Notes under the pieces: model-generated
Seen by the model: the letters and a program-made list of their open reading frames with translations, nothing else
What the model was told of the DNA's origin: nothing
The model's database searches: none
Part shown: positions 46,367 to 64,000 of the stretch, piece after piece
How the letters are laid out: every line of letters starts with the position of its first letter
Position numbering within the stretch: the first letter of the stretch is position 1
Source: the human T2T-CHM13v2.0 reference genome, Homo sapiens
Direction: 5' to 3' (one strand)
Length of the DNA stretch: 64,000 nt
Assembly: GCF_009914755.1 (NCBI RefSeq)
Contig: NC_060931.1
Made by a program: the position numbers and the translations under genes

Positions 46367-49300
46367 GGGTATAGGTTACAGGTGAACATTGATTAGAGCC
46401 TTTTCAGATGAGTTAGTTGAAGAGAAAATATATGGGTAATAATGAACACATTTTTATGGTAAAACTATCAAAAAATAATGTAATGAAGGTAGGAGGTAAT
46501 GAAGATAGAAAACCATGTGCTCACTTCCTTAAATAGAATATATTTGGAATGTTAGAATCAGAATTCACTTAAGATATTAAGAAGTACAGATACTTAGAAA
46601 TTATCCCAATTGCTTAATGTTTGATATGAAATATTACCAAACTGAATTGGATGAATTTTATTGGATCATAATTTGTCCAAAACGTCTTTTGAAATACAGC
46701 ATAGCGTATATATGTGTGTATATACATATATATGCATAAATGTATATATGCATATATTTAGAAATTTATATTGGTTTTCAAAATTAAACTGGTATTTGCT
46801 ATTTTGGAAACTAATACTAAATTGATATTTGATAAGCAATTAAAACAGTCTTTTAAAATGAGACTCAAATTTCAATATCATATTGGTTTCAAATGCTAAA
46901 AGAATTTAAGACTTACTTGCATTTAGCTAAATAACTCTCTGTATTATCTGTATCCTTTGGGGATTAAACATGAATTAGAATTACTCATGGATTTCCATCA
47001 AAATCCATTAAGGGAAATATAGCCCAGAGAGATTCTCTTACATCTGACATTGCTTAATGTGCTCACAGTATTAAATGGATACTCTACAACTAAGGATTAA
47101 TTCATTATATAGAAGTCACATATGTGAATCTGTCTCTTTTTAATATTATTTTCATGCTTAAAATCTGTCATAATAAAATTAAATAGAATCTATATACCTG
47201 TTGATTCTTTTTTAATTGGAATTACAAGGTAATTCTTTAAAGCGACTTTTTGTTAATGAACATTTTTTATCTCTAAAAATTTAGGCTAAGAAGTTACAGT
47301 TACTTCTCTTTATCCTTCACATGTTAAGTCTTCTTACATTATCAAAGAGGCAGTAACTACACAGCATGAATCTGGTGCCATAGCTATAATTGGCAAAGTG
47401 TCAAAATTATCTTGGAGAACTTGTTAAAAATACAGATTTTTAGGTCATATCTCTTTTTCTTATCAGTTATAATTCACTGTATGTTGGGAAGGATCCAGAA
47501 GTATGATTTTCACTCCCATGATCTGCCTACAGTGGAAGCTCAGGGCACCAAGGCACCTTAGGGAAAATGGCAGATGTTTCAAGGAGTCCCTAACCTGCAC
47601 CAAGGGCTCACACTATTTTTCTATTTTTTTCTAATTGCTGAGGTCACGAGAAATACTCACTTTTGCTGATTCTGGAACCTAACATCTTTCCGGCCGTGGA
47701 AAAAGAAAAATACCTGAGAAGTAAGTGTGACTTGAAAATATTTAACATCAAGCATGACAACACCTTCCCTCATGAAAAATAGTTTTGCCTGTATGTTCCA
47801 GCTGTATCTTTCTTTGAGAAAAGAGTTAAATACGCCTTCTTTCTTTGCCTAAGGCAATACACCTGCATGAACTTTTGTTACCAAAGTGTTGTATCTCTCA
47901 TGCTTCTAATCTCTTGACAGTTTCACTACTATGCCCCTTCAGTTTTAGTTAGGACACGGCTGATATTCGGCTCTCCTTGTAAACTCTACCAGCTTTACCA
48001 GTTTGGGCTTTTCAGGACAAAAGGATGCAAGAAGAAAATGATTACATGGTTCCAAAATGGAATTTTCACTGACTTCTTATTTTAAACATAAGCCTGGAGT
48101 AAGCCAAAAGTATGAGTGCACCTGTGTGGGACTTTCACTCTATGCACATCACAATTCTTCTTATTGTATCATTGTTTTAAAATAATCTGGGTATGTGTTT
48201 GTATTCTGTGCTAGTCAAAGACTCCTTAAAATTACAGGATATCTTCAACATTAGAAAGACCAAAGGCAGATTCATCATAAGATTATTATATAATATTTAT
48301 TGAATGCTTGCTAATATTTTACTTAGCAAACAATCATATAGCACATACTGTGGGCACTTTATAAATGGAATCTCACCTAAACCTTCAAAACAGTCCAATG
48401 AGGCAGGTACTATGCTGCTTTATGTGAGTTCAGTTATTTCTCTCAGCAGTTACCTAAGATGTAGATTAATATTGTTCCTATTTTATAAACATAGAGAGGG
48501 AAGTTTATATTAATGGTATTAGAATCCATTCCGCTTCTGACCTGCTCCGATTATTTATTTATATATGTGGTCTATATAAATGCTGGAAATTACAATGCAA
48601 AGGGATACTAGAACCATATTGGCCCTGAGCAATGAGCTAGGCATACAAAGTTAGGATATTTGTTGAGAGAAAGCTTAATCTATCAGAAGAAGAATGACTT
48701 GTACTATTAAGCAAAAATTTTACAGATGTATGCCAGCACTGCCCTTTTCTCTGCCTTGGAAATAATGTGGTTTCCTTTTTAACCATGGCATTGTCCTTTG
48801 ATCTAGCTAGGGAGCCTGGGGAAAAAAAAAAAAAACACCAGGGAGGAATTCAGCACCTTCACTGGCTGTGTTTGTGTAAACACACAGGAGAAAAACACAC
48901 CATCAATCAAGGAAAACAGCCCCAGATAAACATGTAACCTGAGGAATATTTTATCTCTTTTAAATTTATTAACATGAATATTTGTATGTTTGTGCTGCCT
49001 CCGCAGGTTTGTGATATGACAAAGCCCAGAGCATTCAACTAACTGGAGGGCATCTCCTCACCCCGATTAGGTTGCTATTGTTCTCTGAAGCAGCTGACAT
49101 TTCTAAAAGAGTTTTTGTTGGATTAATTATCTTCATACATTGAGACCTTATTGTTCAGTTCTGAGGGCTTTTGTTCAAAAGCTTAAACGTAAATAAATAA
49201 TGTGTCTCCAATTACTGCACTAGAATTGAAGAAATATCCTGAGGGAATAGTAAAGTAAATTTATTCCTGATTGCTCTCCCTCTCTACCCCCACCCCCTCT

Positions 49301-49624
49301 TTTTAAGTTAATCAAAACTGCCATGAATATTATTTCCTATTTTGGAATAAATTATTTTTCTAAAGCAAAATTTGAGAACCAACATTGCAGTCATCCTCAT
49401 GTGGCATTTTCACTCTCTTTTCAAAATAAATAATGCCTGTACTTTATTGCAGTATTTTAAAGTTTAGTAAAGAGCATAAAGATTATTAGGTAAAATTCCT
49501 TTTAATAGCCATATTTTGAGATTTGTTTTCTATGTGTAAGACCAGCTTTCATGGTGATTACTAATTCTCTCTAGTATCCATATCCCCAACTAGCAGAGCA
49601 TTAGAACATATAAGAAACAAGATT

Positions 49625-50003
<379 letters not shown>

Positions 50004-51379
50004 CTATTCTATTCATCGTAGCCTCTACAGTTAAGGGAGTGTGAGATAAAATAGAGGAAATGAGGTTATTCAGGTTGCCTGAGAACATCTAAGGGTAAAT
50101 TTGGAAATGATTTTCAAGCACACAGAGACTGTGATCTCTATCTCCCCTGAGGTTAGAAAAGGAAAGAGAAGCCTTAAACCACAGCCTAAGAGGATTATGT
50201 TGGATATATAATCACAGCAGATCAGAAGCGAAAAAGTCTATAAAATCATCTAGTGTAAACCCTTCTCTTTTCAGAGAGGAGAAAACTGAAACCCACAGAG
50301 GGAGGATCAGTGTGTAAGGTTACATTGTAGATGTTGGAACTAGAATCTGTAGATGGACTTTGCTTAAAGTCTCTGTCTCCTGTCAGAGAAAGTAGTTTGA
50401 TCTGTGGATGGATTACTGAGAGATGATGAGTTTTCCTTTTGAGAGTGACAAGATGTTACAAACAATCCAAGGAACAAGTTATCACCTTAATTTTTCCACA
50501 AATCAGCAAAGAACATTTTAAATATTTTTACATGGTCACATTAAAGGTCACATTTCTCCATGGGTATAAAAATTTGTTTGGATTATTTAATCATTTAGGA
50601 AATAGCTTGATCACAGTGTCATATACTGTGCTAAGGAGAACAATATAGTGAATCTGCCCTAAGAAACATGTAGCTTAGTGCAATGACTCCCAAATAATGA
50701 TACATGGATAGGTGCATGCTTACTTGTGAAAACATTTTAAAAGCCTGGAAAGATAATGTGTTTCATAAAACTAAATTTTTGTCTTTTAAAAAATATGTCA
50801 TTCTTACCTTTTAAGAATTAAAATATCATTCATTTCATTTATGAAATGATGTTAAGAGTAAATCTGATGTTAGGATTTAAAAAAAAAATTACCCCTACTT
50901 ATTAAAGAAAAAATACTGAATCCATGAAATTTTTAAATCTGGTCTAGTGTGAAAAGACAATTATAATACTGAAAAATAAGCAGTGATAGAGGTTCACGCA
51001 TTGTGGAAGAACACTGGAACACAGTATCAGATTCATCCACTTTTGACAGAAAACAAAACGATATTATATAAAAGGGCAGTTGGACTCTATCTTATTTAAG
51101 TTCTAGGCAAGAGGATGTATGAAGAGAAGCAGCATATGACCCTTTTAATAAAGAGATTTTTGCGGAATAATTGCACAGTAAGTCCATGATTGTATTAGCG
51201 ACAAGACAGGCTGAAAAATGTACTCTTTGAGCTAGGTATCTAAACATTAGGATTAGTTCTTAAGAATCAGGACAAAATACATAATATGAGGCAATCTTAG
51301 TCTTTACTTTAAAATTAAGCACTGAACCAATTGTGGGAATGAGAGAAAATGCCTATTAGGCTGCTGCATGTGTAGGCTG

Positions 51380-52810
51380 AAAATATTATCTAAAATGAAG
51401 ATGAGAAACGGGTGAAAAAATGTGTTCCAGGAAGTATTTAGCTAGGACCTGATACCCTCTTTTGAAATAGTAATTAAATCTAGTTGTAAGAAAATAAGAT
51501 GAAAAAAGGTAAGAGATAAATAGAGTTTGGATTACAGATGGCTTTGTAAATTATATCAAGGGTTTTAGAACTTTTTTTTAATGGCTTTGGGTATTCATTA
51601 AAGGTTTTAGCCAAGTGTGTGCTGTGATCTGTTTATGATTTAGAGATAATTTCAGCAGCTTTATAGAAAATGAATTGAAAGGAGTTTAAGACTGGACTCA
51701 GAGCAACATGTATTAGACTTTTGCAATAATTCAAATGAGATTTGTCTTCTAAGAGAATAGTGGTAATGGAGCTAGACTGATGTGAGTGGAGCCAAGATAT
51801 TTAGACAATTGATTTAGTATGTCAGAATGAATGATTAGGTATAATGGAAAAAAGGAGAGAGGATTGAAAGGTCACACCCTAGTTTCTGTGTTAGATAACT
51901 AGGTGCATAGTAGAATAACTCCGTGAAAGAATATAAACAGATTTGTAGGGAAAATTCACTTCATTTTAGACCTACTAAATTTTAGACACCTGCTAGATAG
52001 ATAAGTGAGTATCTCTGGGGACTACTGTATGTGTGCATCTGGGGCCCAGAATAAGTATTTGTGTTGGGATTGTAGTTTGTCTCTTATCACATGTAGGTGC
52101 TAGTTGATACCTTGGAGTAGATGATAGTGTGTGCAAAGTAGAAATTGAATGGAGACTAGAACAGAATCCTGAGAAACAACCAATAAAAAAGATGTCTAAA
52201 ATGATAATAAATAAGAATTACCTTGAGTTTACAAAGAAAACTAGCAGACTAAAATATGACAGAAACAAGAAGAAAATTAGCATTTTAAGAACCAAGTTGG
52301 TTCATTGCTTTTACTGCTATGCTGTGGAAATAAGATACAAAATTCAAACTATCGACTTCACCAAGCAACTTTTGGTGATTTGGCAAGCGTAGTTCTCGTA
52401 GAGCGTTGTGGTGGAATTCTGACTACAATGGTAATGGGTATGGAAGTGTGGGGAGTGTGGAGACAGGTCTTTCAAAAAGTGTTGTGAAAAGAAAAGCAGA
52501 AACATAATGTATAATGACAATGCCAGAGGCATGGAGTTGAGAGAGGGATTTGGAAGAACTACTAGAAAAAGAGAGATTGAAATTACAGGAGAAGAATAGT
52601 AAACAAAGCAACATTTCTAGAGAAGTGAGAGGAGATAAAATCCAAAGTAAAGGTAGAAGTCTGCTTCTTAGTGAGAAAAAGGGATATCTTTTCTAGTTTA
52701 ATAAGAAGAAAGAGAAAAACAATTGGATTAAATACAGATAAACTTGTCATTTGGGGAAGAGTATTGAGAAATTTCTCCTATCATGCTCCCACATTCTTCT
52801 CAAAGAAGAG
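51380..52810 (-). mobile_element. Long L2 fragment (antisense)
   Basis: Purine-rich L2 text (ctttgggtattcattaaaggttttagcc; ttgcaataattcaaatgaga; cttttggtgatttggcaag). Confidence 0.6.
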
Positions 52811-53185
52811 GGTAAATTTGTGAGATAAAAGGCTTATAACAGAAAAAGTATTTCAGGTACATTTTTTCTCATTTTTTCTCACACTTTTTATCATGCTATC
52901 AGTTGAGATTACATTCACTTGAAAGTTACAGAAACCTGGTTGGATTAATGAAATAGAGATTTGTTTTTTTCATGTGAGAAGAGTAACAAGGGTAGAACTT
53001 CCAGTACTGGTATTGCTGCTCTTGGAAGTCATCAAGTCCTTCTCCACCATCCTTTGCAGGTGATTTTTCCTCTTTCTGGTCCAAGATAGCTATCTAGCAT
53101 CAGAGGTTATAGGCCAAAAAAAAAAAAAAAAAAAGAAAGAAAAAGAAAAAGAAAAAAAGGGAAAAGAGATTTAGGGAAATCTATC

Positions 53186-53480
53186 TTTTTTTTTTTTTTT
53201 TCGGATGGAGTCTTCCTGTGTCACCCAGGCTGGAGTGCAATGGTGTGATCTTGGCTCACTGCAACCTCCTCCCGGGTTCAAGTGATTTTCCCACCTCACC
53301 CTCCTGAGCAGCTGGGACTTCAGGCATGCACCATCATGCCCAGCTAATTTTTGTATTTTTAGTAGAAACGGGGTTTCACCAGGTTGGCCAGGCTTGTCTC
53401 AAAGTCCTGACCTCAGGTGATCCACCCACCTCGGCCTCCCAAAGTGCTGGGATTACAGGCGTGAGCCACAGCACCTGGCC
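53186..53480 (-). mobile_element. AluS (Sx-like), TSD aatctatc
   Basis: Dimeric Alu with aatctatc on both flanks. Confidence 0.95.
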
Positions 53481-53820
53481 TGGAATCTATCATTTTTAGC
53501 CGTGCTTACTTCTGCTACAAATAAGACTGGGTTTCTGTTAGATTGTGGCAAAAGCAGTAAGACAGTCTTGTCAGTTATTTAATTTTAAAGTACAATAGTT
53601 TGAGCATGGATGAGATAAAAGGAATGGGGAATGGCAGGAGCTAGCAAAGAAAGTTTACATATTATTATTATCAGACACTATTAAATTATTTTATTGGAAG
53701 TAACTTTTTACTTTTCGTGTTTTTTTTTCTAAAAAAAAAGGAAATATGATTTTTTCCAAGTAAGGGTAGACTATCAAATGCTTCATATTCCACGCATAAA
53801 AGAGTTTGAAAATTCAGTTC

Positions 53821-53945
53821 TGTGTGATTTGGGGTGAAATAAATGTTAGTTCTGGTAGAATTCATAAATTCTCCTTCCTGCTGATGTCTCTTAAAATAAA
53901 CTGTTAATACAATGTCAGTGTTAATGAGTAGAGGAGTTCCTATTT
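53821..53945 (+). repeat. Dispersed direct repeat, copy A (copy B at 60732-60860)
   Basis: 125 aligned bp, 9 substitutions and one 4-bp indel by manual alignment. Confidence 0.95.
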
Positions 53946-54428
53946 GTCTTCTAGTCTGCACTGAAACAACTGTAGACAATTTCAGAAATCAATGAATTTC
54001 AGTTTAAAACATTACTTCCGAACAATAGAACATAGGTTGATGTAATAAAAATAAGTCTGTGTGACATATATCTATAAATCATAAATTAACAAAAGAAGTA
54101 AAGTTTATTTTGTAAGCTAAAATACCCAATTTACTTATAAACAATAAACCAGGAAAGATATTTTCTAAAACTTTACTCTTTAATCAGTATTATTTTTTTT
54201 AATTTTATTATTATCATACTTTAAGTTTTAGGGTACATGTGCACAATGTGCAGGTTAGTTTCATATGTATACATGTGCCATGCTGGTGTGCTGCACCAGG
54301 AGCTAAATGATGAGTTCATCATTTAGCATTAGGTATATCTCCTAATACTATCCCTCCCCCCTCCCCCCACCCCACAACAGTCCCCAGAGTGTAATGTTCC
54401 CCTTCCTGTGTCCATGTGTTCTCATTGT

Positions 54429-58268
<3,840 letters not shown>

Positions 58269-58316
58269 TTATTTTGCTCGTTAGTTGATGGAGTTTCTTC
58301 CTAGCCTCGATGGTCT

Positions 58317-59328
58317 TTACAATTTGGCATGATTTTGCAGTGGCTGGTACTGGTTGTTCCTTTCCATGTTTAGGGCTTCGTTCAGGAGCTCTTTTAGGGC
58401 AGGCCTGGTGGTGACAAAATCTCTCAGCATTTGCTTGTCTGTAAAGTGTTTTATTTCTCCTTCACTTATGAAGCTTAGTTTGGCTAGATATGAAATTCTG
58501 GGTTGAAAATTCTTTTCTTTAAGAATGTTGAATATTGCCCCCCACTCTCTTCTGGCTTGTAGAGTTTCTGCTGAGAGATCCACTGTTAGTCTGATGGGCT
58601 TCCCTTTGTGGGTAACCCGACCTTTCTCTCTGGCTGCCCTTAACATTTTTTCCTTCATTTCAACTTTGGTGAATCTGACAATTATGTGTCTTGGAGTTGC
58701 TCTTCTTGAGGAGTTTCTTTGTGGCATTCTCTGTATTTCCTGAATTTGAATGCTGGCCTGCCTTGCTAGATTGGGGAAGTTCTCCCAGATAATATCCTGC
58801 AGAGTGTTTTCCAACTTGGTTCCATTCTCCCCGTCACTTTCAGGTACACCAATCAGACGTAGATTTGGTCTTTTCCCATAGTCCCATATTTCTTGGAGGC
58901 TTTGTTCGTTTCTTTTTATTCTTTTTTCTCTAAACTTCCCTTCTCACTTCATTTCATTTCATCTTCCATCACTGATTCCCTTTCTTCCAGTTGATCGCAT
59001 CGGCTCCTGAGGCTTCTGCATTCTTCATGTAGTTCTTGAGCCTTGGCTTTCAGCTCCATCAGCTCCTTTAAGCACTTCTCTGTATTGGTTATTCTAGTTA
59101 TACATTTGTCTAAATTTTTTCAAAGTTTTTAACTTCTTTGCCTTTGGTTTGAATTTCCTCCCGTAGCTCAGAGTAGTTTGGTCATCTGAAGCCTTCTTCT
59201 CTCAACTCGTCAAAGTCATTCTCTGTCCAGCTTTGTTCCATTGCTAGTGAGGAACTGTGTTCCTTTGGAGGAGGAGAGGTGCTCTGCTTTTTAGAGTTTC
59301 CAGTTTTTCTGCTCTGTTTTTTCCCCAT
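58317..59328 (-). pseudogene. L1 ORF1, frameshifted
   Basis: ATGGGGAAAA start at 59328 and C-terminal ORF 58317-58814. The 1012-nt span is not a multiple of 3. Confidence 0.93.
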
Positions 59329-60009
59329 CTTTGTGGTTTTATCTACTTTTGGTCTTTGATGATGGTGATGTACAGATGGGTTTTTGGTGTGGATGTCCTT
59401 TCTGTTTGTTAGTTTTCCTTCTAACAGACAGGACCCTCAGCTGCAGGTCTGTTGGAGTTTGCTAGAGGTCCTCTCCAGACCCTGTTTGCCTGGTTATCAG
59501 CAGCGGTGGCTGCAGAACAGCGGAATTTCATGGACCGTGAATGCTGCTGTCTGATCGTTCCTCTGGAATTTTTGTCTCAGAGGAGTACCCGGCCGTGTGA
59601 GGTGTCAGTCTGCCCCTACTGGGGGGTGCCTCCCAGTTAGGCTGCTCGGGGGTCAGGGGTCAGGGACCCACTTGAGGAGGCAGTCTGCCCATTCTCAGAT
59701 CTCCAGCTGCGTGCTCGGAGAACCACTGCTCTCTTCAAAACTCAGATGGAAATGCAGAAATCACCCGTCTTCTGCGTCACTCACGCTGGGAGCTGTAGAC
59801 CGGAGCTGTTCCTATTCGGCCATCTTGGCTGCCAGCTATTCAGGATCCTTTTAGAATTTCCAGTGTTAGTGAGACAAGTGAAGTCTGCTTTGCAACACCT
59901 TCACTGATCTGGGATTATATCTAAGCAAAGTGGATGCACGGTGGTCCTTTCAAGAAGGTGTCCCAGGGGAAGATCTAAGTCGTAATCACTTGAAGGGACT
60001 CAAGAGCAC

Positions 60010-60689
<680 letters not shown>

Positions 60690-60731
60690 TGGAATATTCT
60701 TTAGACAAGTTAGTGTAACGTTTTACACAAA

Positions 60732-60860
60732 TGTGTGATTTGGGGTGAAATAAATGTTAGTTTTCGTAGCATTCATAATTTCTCCTTCCTGCTGATGTCT
60801 CTTAAAACAAATAAACTGTTAACACAACATCAGTGTTAATGAGTGGAGGACTTCCTATTT
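60732..60860 (+). repeat. Dispersed direct repeat, copy B
   Basis: About 93% identical to 53821-53945. Confidence 0.95.
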
Positions 60861-61157
60861 ATTTTCACCATTGCAATTAGTTTTATGTTCAGATTATGTA
60901 AAAGGTGTCACTAGTAGATGTCTGAGAAATAAAATACTGATTTTACCGTAGAATGCTTTTTAACTTTGAAGAATTAGGGTTAGGTTTCATATCTAAACAA
61001 TGATGAGATCTCTGTTTTTCAGACTTGAAATATGCATATAAATCTTCAATATTTGAGGAACTGTTTAAGTTACATAACGTTTTAAATTTTATAACTGGAA
61101 TATGTAATCAAGCCAATCTTCAAATTTTCAACATGCTTATAATCCTATCTAGAGTTA

Positions 61158-61480
<323 letters not shown>

Positions 61481-61719
61481 AACAACAACATAAAAAACCA
61501 TTGATTGGATTTTCCATATTATGATTGACCATCTAGATGTGTCTAAATTCCATTTTTATTTTTCTTTGTTTTATTTAATTTTTGCTTGTTTTTAAATTAC
61601 AATCTGATGTATTCACAAGTAGGTAACCTAAATTTATTTTAGTGGGATCTCCATATTAAAGTAGCTTGATGTAGATATTCGCACTCCATTTTAGCATTAA
61701 TTGTGTATATTTTATTTAG

Positions 61720-61760
61720 TCCCAGGAATACTAGTACATTATTTTCTCTTTCAATTTAAG
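61720..61760 (+). other. Candidate small exon (41 nt)
   Basis: tattttatttAG| ... AAG|GTAAGT, a consensus donor. Confidence 0.4.
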
Positions 61761-62017
61761 GTAAGTGTATATAAACAAGTGTCATTGCTTATGGCATGTA
61801 TGTGTGTGGGAGGTAAGGGGAGGGAGGGAGGGAGTTTCTCCACTTATGTTTTGCATTCCATAGTTTTACTATAATATATTGACAATACTGTGTGGCAAGT
61901 TTCCAAAATCCAACTTTGATCTCATTTTGTGGGTCTTCCAAATTACTCAGAAGGACAAAAACAACAGTGAACAGTGAGTCATTTTATTTATAAAAAACTC
62001 TGCCTTTCTGTTTTTAG

Positions 62018-62063
62018 AACTTAGTGGACCTTCTCTTTCCTGCTTAGCAGGCAACTGCAGTTT
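62018..62063 (+). other. Candidate small exon (46 nt)
   Basis: tctgcctttctgtttttAG| ... TTT|GTAAGT. Confidence 0.4.
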
Positions 62064-63077
62064 GTAAGTTAGATCTGTGTTTTGTTTCTTCTGTACAATC
62101 TAAAAGTTTACAAGTTAATATGACATGGAAAATCCAGTTTATAATAAAGTTACATGATGTTCATTAATTGTGAAGGGAATAAAATGAATTTCTTAGTAGC
62201 AAATTTTGGAGGACAAAAATATATCAAAATATAAGGTTTAATAGACAAATTTTCCCTACATAACCGCATATTTTCTTTAAGGATGATCTTTTTATAATTT
62301 CATTATTTGGTAAACAGTTTGCCTTTGAAAAGTGAAATTTTTGTATAACAGCATACAAAAAATGAAGAACAATATTTAATAGGTAATATATTTACAGAGT
62401 TCAAAAATAGTAAACTGTTAATGAGCTGTACATTGAAAATTCTCCAATTTGTCTGTTTTCTGTCTATACGTTATACACCTCACTCCTACCCATAACTTCT
62501 ATCGTTAGTTCTTGTACATAATTCTTGTTTTTGTCCTTCCTTTCTTTAAGCATACACAAATGAACATAAGTATGTATTTTTAATACTCACTTTTTTACAT
62601 AAAATGTAACATGCATGTTTTGATTACTCATTTTTACCCCTTTACAATATATCATGGAGGCCTTTCAGCATCGGTCTCTTCATGGAACTTAATAAAAAGA
62701 CACTTTTACTGGAGAGGAGTGAAGTTAGAATAACCGCTGAGGCATATATAGATATAGTACTTAAATCATAAGCCCCAGGGCAATAAAATTATGTATTATC
62801 CTTGAAATTAAAAAAATATAATATAACAGTAGATTTTCACTGATCTATAGTTTTATCATAAAATTTAACATCAATATTAATTCTCCCTAACCAATAATAA
62901 ATTTATATTTCAAGTGTTATTTTAATTGCACGATAAGTCTAATTAAAAAAACAGGTAACATTCTCTATTATTTTAAGGAAATTATTTCATATAAAGTAAG
63001 ATAATGAGAAGGGTCTGTACAGGTACATCATACAGAGTGGGAATCTCTGAACAACTAAAACTAAAATGAGGGGTTAC

Positions 63078-63445
63078 TAAAGTCTAAATATGTTCCCCCT
63101 AATTGATGTGTTGGAAGCTTAATCCCCAGTGCAACAGTATGGCAAGGTAGGGCCTGATGGGAGGTGTTTAGGTCATGGAGGCTTCAACCTCATGAATAGA
63201 TTAATACAACCATAAAAAGGGCTGGCAGGAGTGGATTCCCTCTCTTCTGCTTTTTGGCTATGTAAGGATACAGCCATTCCTCTTCTCTGGTGGATGTAGT
63301 AACAAGGCACCATCTTGGAGCAAGAGATCGAACCTTCTGGTGCCTTGACCTTGGACTTCACACCCTCTAGAACTGTGAGAAATAAATTTATTTTCCTTAT
63401 AAGTTACTCAGTCTTTGGTATTCTGTTATAGCAGCACAAAAATTT
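63078..63445 (+). mobile_element. MaLR LTR (MST family)
   Basis: cttaatccccagtgcaacagt...gggaggtgtttaggtcatg...ccttgaccttggacttc...ctctagaactgtgagaaataaattt...ttctgttatagcagcac. Confidence 0.85.
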
Positions 63446-63859
63446 CAGGATATTGAATGAAACTAAATATGGACTAGACCTTTTCAAATATGGATTAGAA
63501 ACTTTTCAAATTGGAAGAGATAAGCCATTTGAAAGGCCAAGTTAAATGAAGACTAAATTAGGATTAAAAATAACATTTTTATTGTAATATACCAAATTTT
63601 AAATTATAGAGGAAAATTATTTACTCTAAATGATTTTTACTCTAAATGAAGTATTCACTCTAAGAGATGTTATCTTTTGTTAAATATATATATTTAATTT
63701 TGGTGGTCATGAGGAAAGACTGCTAAAAAATCTTTAGCTTCAAAAGGGAAAAGGACTTACTAAAAATGTTAAAAATAGACTTAGCATGAGACCCAGCAGT
63801 TTCAATCATAGGTATATACTTAAAATATTTGAAAACAGATTCTCAAAAAAAAAACAAGC

Positions 63860-64000
63860 TTGTACACTCATGTTCATAGCAGCTCTGTGAACAATAGCCA
63901 AAAGGTGGGGAAAGCCCAAATATTCATCAATGGATAAATGCTTAAACAAATTATGGTACATACATACAATAAAATATTATTCAGCCATAAAAAGAAATGA
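63860..64000 (+). mobile_element. L1M ORF2 3' fragment, running off the window
   Basis: atgttcatagcagc...acaatagccaaaaggtgg...tattattcagccataaaaagaaatga. Confidence 0.8.

Noticed and set aside
59837-59852. aaaaggatcctgaata versus aaaataatactgatta (minus strand) as the TSD of the second L1
   Set aside because: Only 12/16 match, too divergent for an L1PA3/4-age insertion. It cannot be fully excluded, but the 54167/60321 repeat fits better.
63619-63662. Short tandem copies of ttactctaaatga
   Set aside because: Two to three degenerate units typical of slippage; no spacer structure, not CRISPR-like.

Overview
AT-rich primate (human or ape-like) genomic DNA, intergenic or intronic, and dominated by interspersed repeats. 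It holds two near-full-length, disabled, minus-strand L1PA elements (21894-28012 and about 54190-59833), about 12 Alus, several solo LTRs, and older L1M/L2/MIR/DNA-transposon relics. No protein-coding gene can be identified with confidence; the long ORFs are L1 ORF1/ORF2 fragments or Alu/antisense artefacts. Subfamily names come from recalled consensus sequences, not a database search. The most notable region is 53.8-62.1 kb. The second L1 has a precisely spliced 5'UTR (SpIRE97/622 type), and it sits directly behind the only CpG island in the window. An imperfect TSD-like repeat brackets L1 plus island, suggesting a 5' transduction. The island has splice donors on both strands, and small candidate exons follow it. 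The two L1s differ at their ends but share tracts of identity with private mutations, consistent with gene conversion across 32 kb. There is also a 76-bp-arm L2-derived hairpin and several templated-insertion scars.
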